From contig NC_091997.1 of the NCBI RefSeq assembly GCF_044704955.1, positions 85,684,001 to 85,748,000 on the forward strand: a DNA stretch of 64,000 bases, written 5' to 3'. Position 1 is the stretch's first letter; every line of letters starts with the position of its first letter. Shown here in pieces: positions 1-12,471 of this stretch. Below the pieces are notes generated by a model. It ran no database searches. It was not told where the DNA came from and saw nothing but the letters and a program-made list of their open reading frames with translations. Source of the DNA: Pristiophorus japonicus (taxonomy: Eukaryota). Made by a program: the position numbers and the translations under genes.

Positions 1-141
1 AAAACATCACTGTGCCCTTATGAAGTTATCTTTTTTTTTTAAACTCTCTCAGAACAATATTTTGGCATATGTGACCATAATGATCAATTTCGTCCAAATA
101 TTTTACTGAATGATTGGTAGTTTTAGGCAAGGAATTGGATT

Positions 142-3100
142 AGAAACATAGAAACATAGAAAATAGGTGCAGGAGCAGGCCATTCAGCCCTTCTAGCCTG
201 CACCGCCATTCAATGAGTTCATGGCTGAACATGAAACTTCAGTACCCCCTTCCTGCTTTCTCGCCATAACCCTTGATCCCCCGAGTAGTAAGGACTTCAT
301 CTAACTCCCTTTTGAATATATTAAGTGAATTGGCCTCAACTACTTTCTGTGGTAGAGAATTCCACAGGTTCACCACTCTCTGGGTGAAGAAGTTTCTCCT
401 CATCTCGGTCCTAAATGGCTTACCCCTTATCCTCAGACTGTGACCCCTGGTTCTGGACTTCCCCAACATTGGGAACATTCTTCCTGCATCTAACCTGTCT
501 AAACCCGTCAGAATTTTAAACGTTTCCATGAGGTCCCCTCTCATTCTTCTGAACTCCAGTGAATACAAGCCCAGTTGATCCAGTCTTTCTTGATAGGTCA
601 GTCCCGCCATCCCGGGAATCAGTCTGGTGAATCTTCGCTGCACTCCCTCAATAGCAAGAATGTCCTTCCTCAGGTTAAGAGACCAAAACTGTACACAATA
701 CTCCAGGTGTGGCCTCACCAAGGCCCTGTACAACTGTAGCAACACCTCCCTGCCCCTGTATTCAAATCCCCTCGCTATGAAAGGCCAACATTCCATTTGC
801 TTTCTTAACCGCCTGCTGTACCTGCATGCCAACCTTCAATGACTGATGTACCATGACACCCAGGTCTCGTTGCACCTTCCCTTTTCCGAATCTGTCACCA
901 TTCAGATAATAGTCTGTCTCTCTGTTTTTACCACCAAAGTGGATAACCTCACATTTATCCACATTATACTTCATCTGCCATGCATTTGCCCACTCACCTA
1001 ACCTATCCAAGTCACTCTGCAGCCTAATAGCATCCTCCTCGCAGCTCACACTGCCACCCAACTTAGTGTCATCCGCAAATTTGGAGATACTGCATTTAAT
1101 CCCCTCGTCTAAATCATTAATGTACAATGTAAACAGCTGGGGCCCCAGCACAGAACCTTGCGGCACCCCACTAGTCACTGCCTGCCATTCTGAAAAGTAC
1201 CCGTTTACTCCTACTCTTTGCTTCCTGTCTGACAACCAGTTCTCAATCCACGTCAGCACACTACCCCCAATCCCATGTGTTTTAACTTTGCACATTAATC
1301 TCTTGTGTGGGACCTTGTTGAAAGCCTTCTGAAAGTCCAAATATACCACATCAACTGGTTCTCCTTTGTCCACTTTACTGGAAACATCCTCAAAAAATTC
1401 CAGAAGATTTGTCAAGCATGATTTCCCTTTCACAAATCCATGCTGACTTGGACCTATCATGTCACCATTTTCCAGATGCACTGCTATGACATCCTTAATA
1501 ATTGATTCCATCATTTTACCCACAACTGAGGTCAGGCTGACCGGTCTATAATTCCCTGTTTTCTCTCTCCCTCCTTTTTTAAAAAGTGGGGTTACATTGG
1601 CTACCCTCCACTCCATAGGAACTGATCCAGAGTCAATGGAATGTTGGAAAATGACTGTCAATGCATCCGCTATTTCCAAGGCCACCTCCTTAAGTACTCT
1701 GGGATGCAGTCCATCAGGCCCTGGGGATTTATCGGCCTTCAATTCCATCAATTTCCCCAACACAATTTCCCGACTAATAAAGATTTCCCTCAGTTCCCCC
1801 TCCTTACTAGACCCTCTGACCCCTTTTATATCCGGAAGGTTGTTTGTATCCTCCTTAGTGAATACCGAACCAAAGTACTTGTTCAATTGGTCTGCCATTT
1901 CTTTGTTCCCCGTTATGACTTCCCCTGATTCTGACTGCAGGGGACCTACGTTTGTCTTTACTAACCTTTTTCTCTTTACATACCTATAGAAACTTTTGCA
2001 ATCCGCCTTAATGTTCCCTGCAAGCTTCTTCTCGTACTCCATTTTCCCTGCCCTAATCAAACCCTTTGTCCTCCTCTGCTGAGTTCTAAATTTCTCCCAG
2101 TCTCCGGGTTCGCTGCTATTTCTGACCAATTTGTATGCCACTTCCTTGGCTTTAATACTATCCCTGATTTCCCTAGATAGCCACGGTTGAGCCACCTTCC
2201 CTTTTTTATTTTTACGCCAGACAGGAATGTACAATTGTTGTAATTCATCCATGCGGTCTCTAAATGTCTGCTATTGCCCATCCACAGTCAACCCCCTAAG
2301 TATCATTCGCCAATCTATCCTAGCCAATTCACGCCTCATACCTTCAAAGTTACCCTTCTTTAATTTCTGGACCATGGTCTCTGAATTAACTGTTTCATTC
2401 TCCATCCTAATGCAGAATTCCACCATATTATGGTCACTCTTCCCCAAGGGGCCTCGCACAATGAGATTGCTAATTAATCCTCTCTCATTACACAACACCC
2501 AGTCTAAGATGGCCTCCCCCCTAGTTGGTTCCTCAACATATTGGTCTAGAAAACCATCCTTTATGCACTCCAGGAAATCCTCCTCCACCGTATTGCTTCC
2601 AGTTTGGCTAGCCCAATTTATGTGCATATTAAAGTCACCCATTATAATTGCTACACCTTTATTGCATGCTCCCCTAATTTCCTGTTTGATGCCCTCCCCA
2701 ACATCCCTATTACTGTTTGGAGGTCTGTACACAACTCCTACTAACGTTTTTTGCCCTTTGGTGTTCTGCAGCTCTACCCATATAGATTCCACATCATCCA
2801 AGCTAATGTCTTTCCTAACTATTGCATTAATCTCCTCTTTAACCAGCAATGCTACCCCACCTCCTTTTCCTTTTATTCTATCCTTCCTGAATGTTGAATA
2901 ACCCTGAATGTTGAGTTCCCAGCCCTGATCATCCTGGAGCCAGGTCTCCGTAATCCCAATCACATCATATTTGTTAACATCTATTTGCACAATTAATTCA
3001 TCCACCTTATTGCGGATACTCCTTGCATTAAGACACAAAGCCTTCAGGCTTGTTTTTTTAACACCCTTTGTCCTTTTAGAATTTTGCTGTACAGTGGCCC

Positions 3101-4137
3101 TTTTTGTTCTTTGCCTTGGGTTTTTCTGCCCTCCACTTTTCCTCATCTCCTTTCTGTCTTTTGCTTTTGCCTCCTTTTTGTTTCCCTCTGTCTCCCTGCA
3201 TTGGTTCCCATCCCCCTGCCATATTAGTTTAAATCCTCCCCAACAGCACTAGCAAACACTCCCCCTAGGACATTGGCTCCGGTCCTGCCCAGGTGCAGAC
3301 CGTCCGGTTTGTACTGGTCCCACCTCCCCCAGAACCGGTCCCAATGTCCCAGGAATTTGAATCCCTCCCTGCTGCACCACTGCTCAAGCCACGTATTCAT
3401 CTGTGCTATCCTGCGATTCCTACTCTGACTATCACGTGGCACTGGTAGCAATCCCGAGATTACTACTTTTGAGGTCCTACTTTTTAATTTAGCTCCTAGC
3501 TCCTTAAATTCATTTCGTAGGACCTCATCCCTTTTTTTAACCTATGTCATTGGTACCAATGTGCACCACGACAACTGGCTGTTCTCCCTCCCATTTCAGA
3601 ATGTCCTGCACCCGCTCCGAGACATCCTTGACCCTTGCACCAGGGAGGCAACATACCATCCTGGAGTCTCGGTCGCGGCCGCAGAAACGCCTATCTATTC
3701 CCCTCACCATTGAATCCCCTATCACTATTGCTGTCCCGCTCTTTTTCTTGCCCTCCTGTGCAGCAGAGCCAGCCACAGTGCCATGAACTTGGCTGCTGCT
3801 GCCCTCCCCTGATGAGTCATTCCCCTCAACAGTACTCAAAACGGTGTATCTGTTTTGCAGGGGGATGACCGCAGGGGACCCCTGCACTACCTTCCTTGCA
3901 CTACTCTTCCTGCTGGTCTTCCATTCCTTATCTGGCTGTGGACCCTTTCCCTGAGGTAAGACCAACTCACTACACGTGATACTCACGTCATTCTCAGCAT
4001 CGTGGATGCTCCAGAGTGAATCCACCCTCAGCTCCAATTCCGTAACACGGACCGTCAGGAGCTTGAGGTGGACACACTTCCCACACACGTAGTCGTCAGG
4101 GACACCGGAAGTGTCCCTGAGTTCCCACATGGTACAG
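142..4137 (-). mobile_element. Young, near full-length CR1 LINE, 5'-truncated in ORF1 and disrupted
   Basis: ORF1 with GDSL/SGNH esterase motif (IVIGDSMVRG; 3537..4130 and 3224..3451, frameshifted); APE endonuclease (GITETW, MGDFN, SDHN; 2271..3146); RT ([22 protein letters not shown]; 762..2252); (TTCTATGT)n tail near 142-161. Empty site aattggatt|gaggctg at 41521-41536. Confidence 0.97.
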
Positions 4138-4293
4138 GAGGCTGAACACTCTTTGCAGAGAGGACAGCTTACATAGCAGACTCAGAGAGATAAAGAGAGA
4201 TATGGAGACAGTAACAGAGACACAGAGAGACAGAGAGAGACAGAGAGAGACAGACAGAGAGCAACACAAAGAGAGAAAGAGAAAGAGAGACAG

Positions 4294-4829
4294 TGTTTTG
4301 GATCGATAATAATAGATCCAGGTTCGGGATCTGGGTGAATGTTAAATAATAGACAAGACAAATGAAGTAAAGAATAAAATACCGTTTACTGAGGGAAAAT
4401 AAATATTAATTAAAAAGTTTACGAAGAAAAGAGAAGTATGATAAGATGCAACAACGTTCATGGCCTTCGGCCTGTCGGGAACTCTGCAGCGAAGGCTGGT
4501 CAGGAGCCTTGGGGGTCCCGGCACCGCTCGCGAATCGCGGTCCAAGGTGAAGTTCGAAGAGCTAAGGGACAGTGCCGCTCCTTTATACTATTAAACAAAA
4601 CATGGGTGCATGTGGCTTATGGCCAACTCCTAATCTGTAATGCCCCGGCTGCTTGTCCACAAAGCATGAGATCTCGAGGCGCCGACAGTCTCATAATAAG
4701 CTGGTGTGCATCTCAAGATCGCTTCCCTCTCTCTCTCTCTATAGCAACAACAATCCACGAAGCATGGAGCAGAAACACACTGTAAATGACTAAATATCAT
4801 AATTAACTTTATGTGATTAACCCTATACA
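4294..4829 (-). mobile_element. Possible solo LTR embedded in GA microsatellite (paralog about 41685-42221)
   Basis: About 536 bp of complex sequence bounded by TG...CA inside simple repeat, with a minus-strand TATAAAG at 4581-4587. TSD is unconvincing. Confidence 0.35.
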
Positions 4830-5830
4830 ATAGAGATGGAGATAGACAGTGAGACGGGGATCGAATAACAGACAGAGAGCGAGAAACAGAGACAGAGAGA
4901 GANNNNNNNNNNNNNNNNNNNNNNNNNNNNNNNNNNNNNNNNNNNNNNNNNNNNNNNNNNNNNNNNNNNNNNNNNNNNNNNNNNNNNNNNNNNNNNNNNN
5001 NNNNNNNNNNNNNNNNNNNNNNNNNNNNNNNNNNNNNNNNNNNNNNNNNNNNNNNNNNNNNNNNNNNNNNNNNNNNNNNNNNNNNNNNNNGAGAGANNNN
5101 NNNNNNNNNNNNNNNNNNNNNNNNNNNNNNNNNNNNNNNNNNNNNNNNNNNNNNNNNNNNNNNNNNNNNNNNNNNNNNNNNNNNNNNNNNNNNNNNNNNN
5201 NNNNNNNNNNNNNNNNNNNNNNNNNNNNNNNNNNNNNNNNNNNNNNNNNNNNNNNNNNNNNNNNNNNNNNNNNNNNNNNNNNNNNNNNNNNNNNNNNNNN
5301 NNNNNNNNNNNNNNNNNNNNNNNNNNNNNNNNNNNNNNNNNNNNNNNNNNNNNNNNNNNNNNNNNNNNNNNNNNNNNNNNNNNNNNNNNNNNNNNNNNCA
5401 TAGAGAGAGACAGGGAGAGACGGTGATAGGCAGAGAGAGAGACAGAAAGAGAGAGACGGAGACAGATAGAAACAGCGAGAAAGAGAGAGAGAGACAGGCA
5501 GAGAGAGACAGAGACACAGAGAGACTCAGAGCGAGAGAGAGAAGGAGACAGGTAGAGAGAGACAGAGAGAGAGACAGGGAGAGAGACCGTGCGAGAGAGA
5601 GACAGATGGAGAGAAAAAGAAAGAAACAGAGTGAAAGAGAATTGGTGAGACAATCCGAGAGTCAGAGAGTGACAGACAGAGAGTGAGAGACAGAGAGTGA
5701 CAGACAGAGTGACAGACAGAGAGTGACAGTCAGAGAGTGACAGTCAGAGAGTGACAGACAGAGAGTGACAGACAGAGTGACAGACAGAGAGTGACAGTCA
5801 GAGAGTGACAGTCAGAGAGTGACAGACAGA
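4830..5830. repeat. GA/GACA microsatellite with N runs (4903-5090, 5097-5398)
   Basis: Direct inspection; GAGTGACAGACA units at the 3' side. Confidence 0.95.
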
Positions 5831-5988
5831 ATCAGGGAAAATGAATGAGGGAATTTCAGGCTGGGTTAGACTGAAATCCAGGCCAGTGGGGAGAAAGTGA
5901 CTGAATGTAGTTTCCACTTACAGCTGTTTAATATTGTTTGAATCATATGTTACTCATTTTTCACACATTTAATTTTCTGTTTTCCCAG

Positions 5989-6023
5989 TGATGACGGCAA
6001 AACTGAAATCCAGGCAGTAAAAT
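5989..6023 (+). CDS. Ig-superfamily receptor copy A, 35-nt cytoplasmic exon (DDGKTEIQAVK)
   Basis: Pyrimidine tract and cccag acceptor, T|gtaagt donor; identical to 43519-43553. Confidence 0.8.
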
Positions 6024-6112
6024 GTAAGTCGTGGCAATCTTTCAGTATCTTTCATTATCTGTCCCCACATGGAAGTGAAACCCATCAAACGCGATCTCCT
6101 CTTAATTTCTAG

Positions 6113-6378
6113 GCAGTGACCGCACGGACCATATACCGCAGGTTGAAACCTCTTTAGCCATTGAACTCAAACCAGACGGCCAATCGCAGCCCAAAGAGGA
6201 CAGTAAGGAGGATCCCGTTGCTCTGTCTAATGAGCAGACTTATTCTTTGATAGGTTGCCCGGGGACAGGGAGCCCAGGAGACACGGAGACAAGGTCTCGG
6301 CTGGAGGAAGATGATCCACAACCTGGCCCGTTAGAGATGGAAGAAAATCCTATTTATGCTAAAATAGAGGAAGCCTGA
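6113..6378 (+). CDS. Receptor copy A, terminal coding exon (QTYSLI ... ENPIYAKIEEA*)
   Basis: ttctag acceptor, open frame in the phase set by the preceding exon, TGA at 6376-6378. Differs from copy B by two replacements (I/V, R/W). Confidence 0.8.
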
Positions 6379-6715
6379 ATGTGATTGAGTAATGGGAGAA
6401 AGGCAACGGATAACTTGGTTAAACTCATTGTGGTACTAGATTTTAAAATATATATTTTACACTGGGTATTGAACACTTTCCCACTGCAGACCCCCAGGGT
6501 GGGGGAGAATTCGACATTGTTGCACTGGATTTCTGGATGGATCATGGGTGCAAAAGAGGTCCAATTTAGGAGGCCAACCCACCATGCCCGAGTAGTGTCG
6601 GAAACATGTTTGATGCCATATTGGTTTGGGCCTGTAGAGGAGTCCCTGATGTAGGCGTTAGGCTCCTTTGAATATGCTAATAAGGGGCCTACCACTTATT
6701 CCAGGATCCAAACCG

Positions 6716-6880
6716 GCCATTATCACATTGCTGTTTGTGGGACCTTGCTGTGTGCAAATTAGCTGCCACTTTTCCTAAATTACAACAGTGACTAAACTTC
6801 AAAAAATACTTAATTCGCTGTAAAGTGCTTTGTGATCTCCAGAGGTCATGAAAGGCACTCGATAAATGCAAGTCTTTCAA
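6716..6880 (+). mobile_element. 3' fragment of a Deu-domain SINE in the putative 3' UTR (paralog about 44230-44394)
   Basis: ATCACATTGCTGTTTGTGGGACCTTGCTGTGTGCAAATT...ATAAATGCAAGTCTTTC; homologous to 9065-9235. Confidence 0.75.
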
Positions 6881-7401
6881 TTCATTCATTAATTTTGAGG
6901 GAAGGGAAACCACGCAGAATACAGGTGGACAACCGACGCTCGTTGAACACAAGTGCGTTTTCACAGATTGTAACATTGAAGCTGCTTGAAGCGCAGGATT
7001 GTGTGTGGAGATATCTTCTCCCAATGTTTCACAAATGATATAAAGCCGCTGGTGGCAGCTCCTTGCCTTTCTCGGTTTGTTCTGAGTTTTTGTGGCGACC
7101 GACACAGAACACGGAGACAGACTCAATGTGAGTTTCCACTCTCACCGACACCGGACGAGGGCGATGGGAACCCACGGTTGAAGAATATAACTGTAACACA
7201 TTCGACGTGAAATTGGTCCTCGCCAGTTTCGACTTTGATGGAAATGAAATTCGGGCTCGGTGTGAAACGTGCGCTCGATTCGCGATGAGCTTCACACTGC
7301 TGGCGAAGAGCAACTTCATCCCCTTGGACTCTGCTTAGATAGAACAACGCATCGCTGGTGTGTAATACGCAAAATGGAACTTGTGTGATTGGAAGTCATT
7401 C

Positions 7402-7407
7402 AATAAA
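7402..7407 (+). terminator. Candidate poly(A) signal of copy A
   Basis: AATAAA about 1 kb after the stop, conserved in unit 2 (44916-44921). Confidence 0.5.
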
Positions 7408-7523
7408 CACTGTTTAAAAATTATAACTAAATGACGAGCTGTGTCATCTGTCCAGCAGGAATTTTATGGCAAACTAATTGAATGAATGAACTGATCTCAG
7501 TGAAGACACTGCATTTAGACTCA

Positions 7524-7770
7524 AGGGGAAGTGGGAGGAGGTAGGGGGTGTGGGGAGAGTGGGAGTGAGGAGGGTTTGAGGGGATTAGGAGGGAGGAGTG
7601 AGTGGGCAGTGGGGAGTGGGAGGGAAGGGGGAGTGGGAGGGAGAGTGGGGAGTGAAGAGGGTGTGAGGGAAGGGGCAGTGGAGAATGATAGGCTAGGGGG
7701 AATGGGAGGGTGGAGTGGGGGGAGTGGGAGTGAGGAGGGTGTGGGGGGAGTGGGTGGGAGGGGGAGTGGA
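7524..7770 (+). repeat. G-rich low-complexity tract (paralog about 45038-45284)
   Basis: Many GGG runs in GGGAGT-like units. Confidence 0.85.
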
Positions 7771-8897
7771 AGCAAATTTATGAGGACGCTGAGGGAAGTT
7801 CATGATTGTGTAAGAGAAAGTTTGGTATAAATTGTCAGCCCCCAGCAGATCGCTAAAGAGTATTTTTAAAAGCATAAAACATTTCAATGTTGAAATGTTG
7901 AACAATACATGTCTATCAGTAAGATAAAAGGACTTTCACGCGAGAGTCACCAATCCCACACTCCTTGAGGGCAGCCATGCTCAAACGGGTCAGGGGTTAG
8001 CTCTGTGACCCTCTGCTCCATTGTGTCTCCTTGAAGCAGAGCTCACTCTGACGGCAGGTTGGGGGGGAGGGGGTGGGAGGGGACAGAGTCAGTGAATTAA
8101 CCCTCATAACCCTGGCATTTGCCTCATTGTCCAGCCCTTGGCTTCAGCACGATCTCTGAAACAATGGGTGCCATTTGCAATATGAGCACCACACGCAAGG
8201 ACTGGTGTGTAGCAAATCCAAACGAACTCAGTACGGAAATGGAAGGAAGCGTGTGATGATTGGAAATTTTAATTGATGGGAGCAAGTCTAAAAGGCTCAG
8301 CTATTTACAGCTTGTTAGTAGAAGCGGGTGTGAGCAGAAATGCCAACCGCACTGTCGCATAAATCAAACGATGAACTCTTAAAAATCATGAGGTTTGCTA
8401 TACAAATCATGAGTTGCTATTTTTTTCCCTGACCCCTTGCTTACCTTTGATCCTGGACAGGAAGCGCAGTCCGCGACCTTTGCTCCCAGACAGGAAGCGC
8501 ATTCGGCCGTCACTAACCGATTACTGACATAAGAAATAGGAGCAGGAGTGGGTGGATTGATGGCCCCGCTGTCGGGTCACTCACGGGCCAGTCTCGCTCT
8601 CCTTATCACCGTTACTCCTCCCGCAGCAAAATTTTTACTTCAGGCACCAGGAGGTGATTTCTGTTCCCACTGCAAATCCGAATAGTTGGCTGAAGAAGAT
8701 TAAAAACAATCTCCCACCCATTGGATACCTGAAGTCCACCCAACTCAAATTCACGAGCGAGCATCAAAAGGGCCTCTAGAACTCCCACCGGGATTGGTTG
8801 GGAACCATATTTCAAATCTGCAGGGCTATGGGAACAAATTGGATAGCTCTTTCAACCCACGGGCACAGGCACGATGGGCTGAATGGACTCTTTCACT

Positions 8898-9240
8898 GTC
8901 TGAGGTGCCGTCTTTCGGATGAGACGTGAAACTGAGGTCCCGTCTGCCCTCTCAGGTGGACGCGAAAGATCCCACTGCACTATTTCAAAGAAGAGCAGGG
9001 GAGTTCTCCCGATGTCCTAGCCAACACTTATTTCAATCAAAATAACTAAAGACAGAGGATCTGGTCATTATCACATTGCTGTTTGTCAGACCTTGCTGCA
9101 TGCAATTTGGCTGTCGTGTTCCCTACATTACAACAGTGACTACACTTAGAAATGGTACTTCGTTGGCTGCAGAGCGGTTTGAGATGCCCTGAGGTCAGGC
9201 AAGGCGAGCTATAAATACAAGTCTGTCTGTCTTTCTTTCT
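8898..9240 (+). mobile_element. Deu-domain SINE, SacSINE1/AmnSINE-like (paralog about 46403-46736)
   Basis: GAGGTGCCGTCTTTCGGATGAGACG...AAAGATCCC core recognised from memory, with the same 3' tail as the other copies in the window. Confidence 0.75.
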
Positions 9241-9530
9241 AGCTTTTTTCTTTTCTGTCTTCATCCTACTCCGTAGACCATGTACAAGTTGCTCTATCTT
9301 AGAAATCCCCTATTTCAATCTCTCAACCATTGGTGGCCGTGCCTTCAACTGCCAAGGCACTAAGCTCTGGAGTTCTCTCCTGTGGCCGGGATTACACCAC
9401 AGGAAAACTTTCTGTCTATTATTGCTCACTGACCCCCAAAGTAACCAAGGAACACACTTTGTTCCTGACCAATTACATTCTGTTTCAAAACTGAAAATGC
9501 TGGAAATCTCAGCGGGTCAGAGAGAAACAG

Positions 9531-9567
9531 AGTTGACGTTTCGGGTCTGTGACCCTTCGTCAGAACT
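9531..9567 (-). ncRNA. Minimal hammerhead ribozyme motif (Penelope-type)
   Basis: Minus strand reads AGTT CTGACGA A GGGTC ACA GACCC GAAA C GTC AACT: catalytic core, 5-bp stem II, palindromic ACGT stem III, GUC triplet, 4-bp stem I. Confidence 0.75.
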
Positions 9568-9812
9568 GGAAAAGTTCGAGATGTAACAGATTCTTAAGGA
9601 AGTGCAGGTGGAGGGGAGGAAACAACAAAAGGGAAGGTCTGTGATAGGGTGGAAGGCAGGAGAGATTAAGAGAGAAAAGGGACGATGGTCAAAAATGAGA
9701 TGGTAATGGAACAAGTTAAGAAACAAAAGATGAGTCTAGATCGGGTGTGATTGGTGGAATCATCACCAGCTGCCATGGGAAAGAGAAAAAAAGTGGAGGA
9801 TTTAAAAAAAGG

Positions 9813-11622
9813 TAACTATTTGTACTGCACTTTTTTTGACAGACATGCGACAAGCCCCGCCCTCTGTCAAGCTCTGCCCTCTGCCCCGCCCCCGAATCAT
9901 TCCCTCCACGTGGTGCAAAGAAGCAGGACCTGAGGCCCGAGATTCCGCTGAGGTCCCGACTCTCCCTCCCCCGACTCTCCCTTCCCCGTCCCCCCCGACT
10001 CTCTTCTCCCACGCTCTGACGGCTTAGAACAGTGGCCGTGGGACCGAGAGCAGTGGCCGTGGGACCGAGAGTGGTGGCAGTGAGCAGAAAAGCAGCGGGC
10101 GCGAGATAGACTGGGGAAGAGAGAGAGGCTGGGGGGCAAGGAAGATTGGGAGGGAGAGGCTGGGGGGAGAGCGCGCGAGAGGCTGGGGGGAGAGAGAGAC
10201 ATGAGCGAGAGAGAGAGAGGCTGGGGGAGAGAGAGAGAGGCTAGGGGAGAAAGAGAAGCTGGGGAAGAGAGGCTGGGAGAGAGAGAGTCTGGGGAGCGAG
10301 AGAGTCTGCAGAGAGAGAGAGAGGCTGGAGGGAGGGAGAGAGAGAGAGAGAGAGAGGCTGCAGTGAGAGAGAGGCTGGGGGGAGAGAGCGAGAGAGACTG
10401 GGGGAGAGAGCGAGAGGGGCTGGGGGGGAGGAGTGAGAGAGGCTGGGGAAGAGAGAGAGAGAGAGACACTGGGGGGGAGAGAGAGATGCTGGTGGAGAGA
10501 GAGAGGCTTGGGTGAGAGAGGCTGGGCGCGTGAGAGATCGAGGAGCTGGGGGAGAGTGAAAGAGGCTGGAGGAGAGAGAGAGACGCTTGGGAGAGAGAGA
10601 GAGGCTGGGGGGGAGAGAGAGAGAGAGCGGCTGGGGGGAGAGAGAGAGGCTAGGGGAGAGAGAGAGGCTGGGGGAGAGAGAGAGAGAGAGAAGCTGGGGG
10701 AGAGAGATCCTGGGGAGAGAGAGAGAGTCTGCAGAGAGAGATAGAGAGAGAGGCTAGGTGAGAGAGACTGAGGCTGGGGGAGAGAGAGAGAGGCTGGGGG
10801 AGAGAGAGAGAGACAGAGGCTGGGGGAAAGAGAGTCTGGGGAGAGAGAGAGAGAGTCTGCAGAGAGAGAGAGAGGCTGGAGGGAGAGAGAGAGAGAGAGG
10901 CTGCGGTGAGAGAGAGGCTGGGGGGAGAGAGCGAGGGGCTGGGGGGGAGAGCGAGAGAGGCTGGGGGGAGATAGCGAGAGAGGCTGGGGGAGAGAGCGAG
11001 AGAGGCTGGGGGGAGAGAGAGAGAGGCTGCGGTGAGAGAGAGGCTGGGGGGAGAGAGCGAGAGGGGCTGGGGGGAGAGAGCGAGAGAGGCTGGGGGGAGA
11101 GAGCGAGAGAGGCTGGGGGGAGAGAGAGAGGGGGGCTGGGGAAGAGAGAGAGAGACGCTGGGGGGGAGAGAGAGATGTTGGGGGAGAGAAAGAGAGAGAT
11201 GGGGGAGAGAGAGGCTGGGTAAGAGAGATAGAGGGGCTGGGAGAGAGTGTGAGAGGCTGGAGGAGAGAGAGAGAGGTTTGGGAGAGAGAGAGAGGCTGGG
11301 GGAGAGTGAGAGAGGCTTGGGAGAGAGAGAGAGGCTGCGGGGGAGAGAAAGAGTCTGGGGGAGAGAGATAGAGGGGCTGGGGGAGAGTGAGAGAGGCTGG
11401 AGGAGAGAGAGAGAGAGAGGCTTTGGAGAGAGAGAGAGGCTGGGGGAGAGTGAGAGAGGCTTGGGGTAGAGAGAGCGAGAGAGAGGCTGGGGGGGAGAGA
11501 GAGAGAGGCTGGGGGGAGAGAGTGAGAGAGAGGCTGGGAGGAGAGAGAGAGAGAGGCTGGGGGGTGGGGGAGAGAGAGCGAGTTATTGGCTGGAGGGGGA
11601 GAGAGAGAGAGCGAGAGACTAG

Positions 11623-11654
<32 letters not shown>

Positions 11655-12471
11655 CGAGGAGGAGAGAGAGGCTGGGTGGAGAGAGAGAGGCTGGGTGGAC
11701 AGAGAGAGGCTGGGAGCGAGAGAGAGAGAGAGGCTGGGGGTAGGAGAGAGAGAGAGCGAGACTGGCGGGGGGGAGAGAGAGAGGCAAGGGGGGAGAGAGA
11801 GAGAGAGAGAGGCAGGGGGGAGAGAGAGAGAGAGACTAGGAGGGAGAGAGAGGCTGGTGGGGGGGACTGAGAGGCTGCGGGGGGGACAGAGAGAGAGAGG
11901 CTGAGGGCAGAGAGAGAGAGGCAGGGGGGATAGAGAGAGCGAGAGAGAGGCTGGGGGTGGGGAGAGACATGGGTGGGGGGGAGAGACATGGGTGGGGGTG
12001 GGGTGGATGGGAGTGATGGGAGGGAACTCAGGCAAGACAGATCACATTCTTGCAACCACCTACAAGGGACATCGTTGCCGTGGATGATATCCAGAAGTCA
12101 CAATTCATTTCATACCCAATAAACCTGTTAATTCTTACACAATGCCCCATGTATGGGGGGGGGGTGGCGAGGTGGGGGAAGGATGCACTTGGACTGGGAT
12201 AAGGCACTTGGGCTGGAGGGGGGATGTACTTGAACTGGGGTAAGACACTTTGGCTGGCATTTGCTGTCTTCTGGGGAGCTCTGTCCTCTGTTGCTTCAGG
12301 AAGTCAAAATGGATTGAGTTAGAATTTGCAAAGTCAGTGAGAGCTTGGGATGGGCCGTTCCAGTTACACATTCCTGTGAAACTTCAGGGTGTGGCTTAAT
12401 CTCCAAGGAGACCAATCATAGACAAAGAGTGGAGTATGGTGGCCATTTTTGCAGTACAAATAAGCACGTCC
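9813..12471 (+). mobile_element. Non-autonomous element with 13-bp subterminal inverted repeats and an internal purine-rich satellite
   Basis: TATTTGTACTGCA (9817-9829) and TGCAGTACAAATA (12450-12462); flanking direct repeat TTAAAAAAAGG (9802-9812, 12472-12482); second inverted copy at 34134-35116. Confidence 0.7.
10085..12030 (+). repeat. About 1.9-kb (GA)n-GGCTGGGG satellite
   Basis: Direct inspection; source of the spurious S/L/P and R/E/G ORFs. Confidence 0.95.

Noticed and set aside
1066-3252. Plus-strand ORFs overlapping CR1 and similar antisense ORFs in the Gypsy elements
   Set aside because: Antisense shadows of the retroelement coding frames.
4630-5686. ORFs spanning N runs (also 42201-43162)
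   Set aside because: Artefacts of unknown bases and microsatellite.
6354-7347. ORFs conserved between the units (also 43868-44861)
   Set aside because: Conservation reflects the recent duplication; they lie in the putative 3' UTR, overlap a SINE and show no recognisable domain.
9897-12055. Long ORFs (up to 587 aa) rich in S/L/P or R/E/G
   Set aside because: Translations of a stop-poor GA/GGCTGG satellite.
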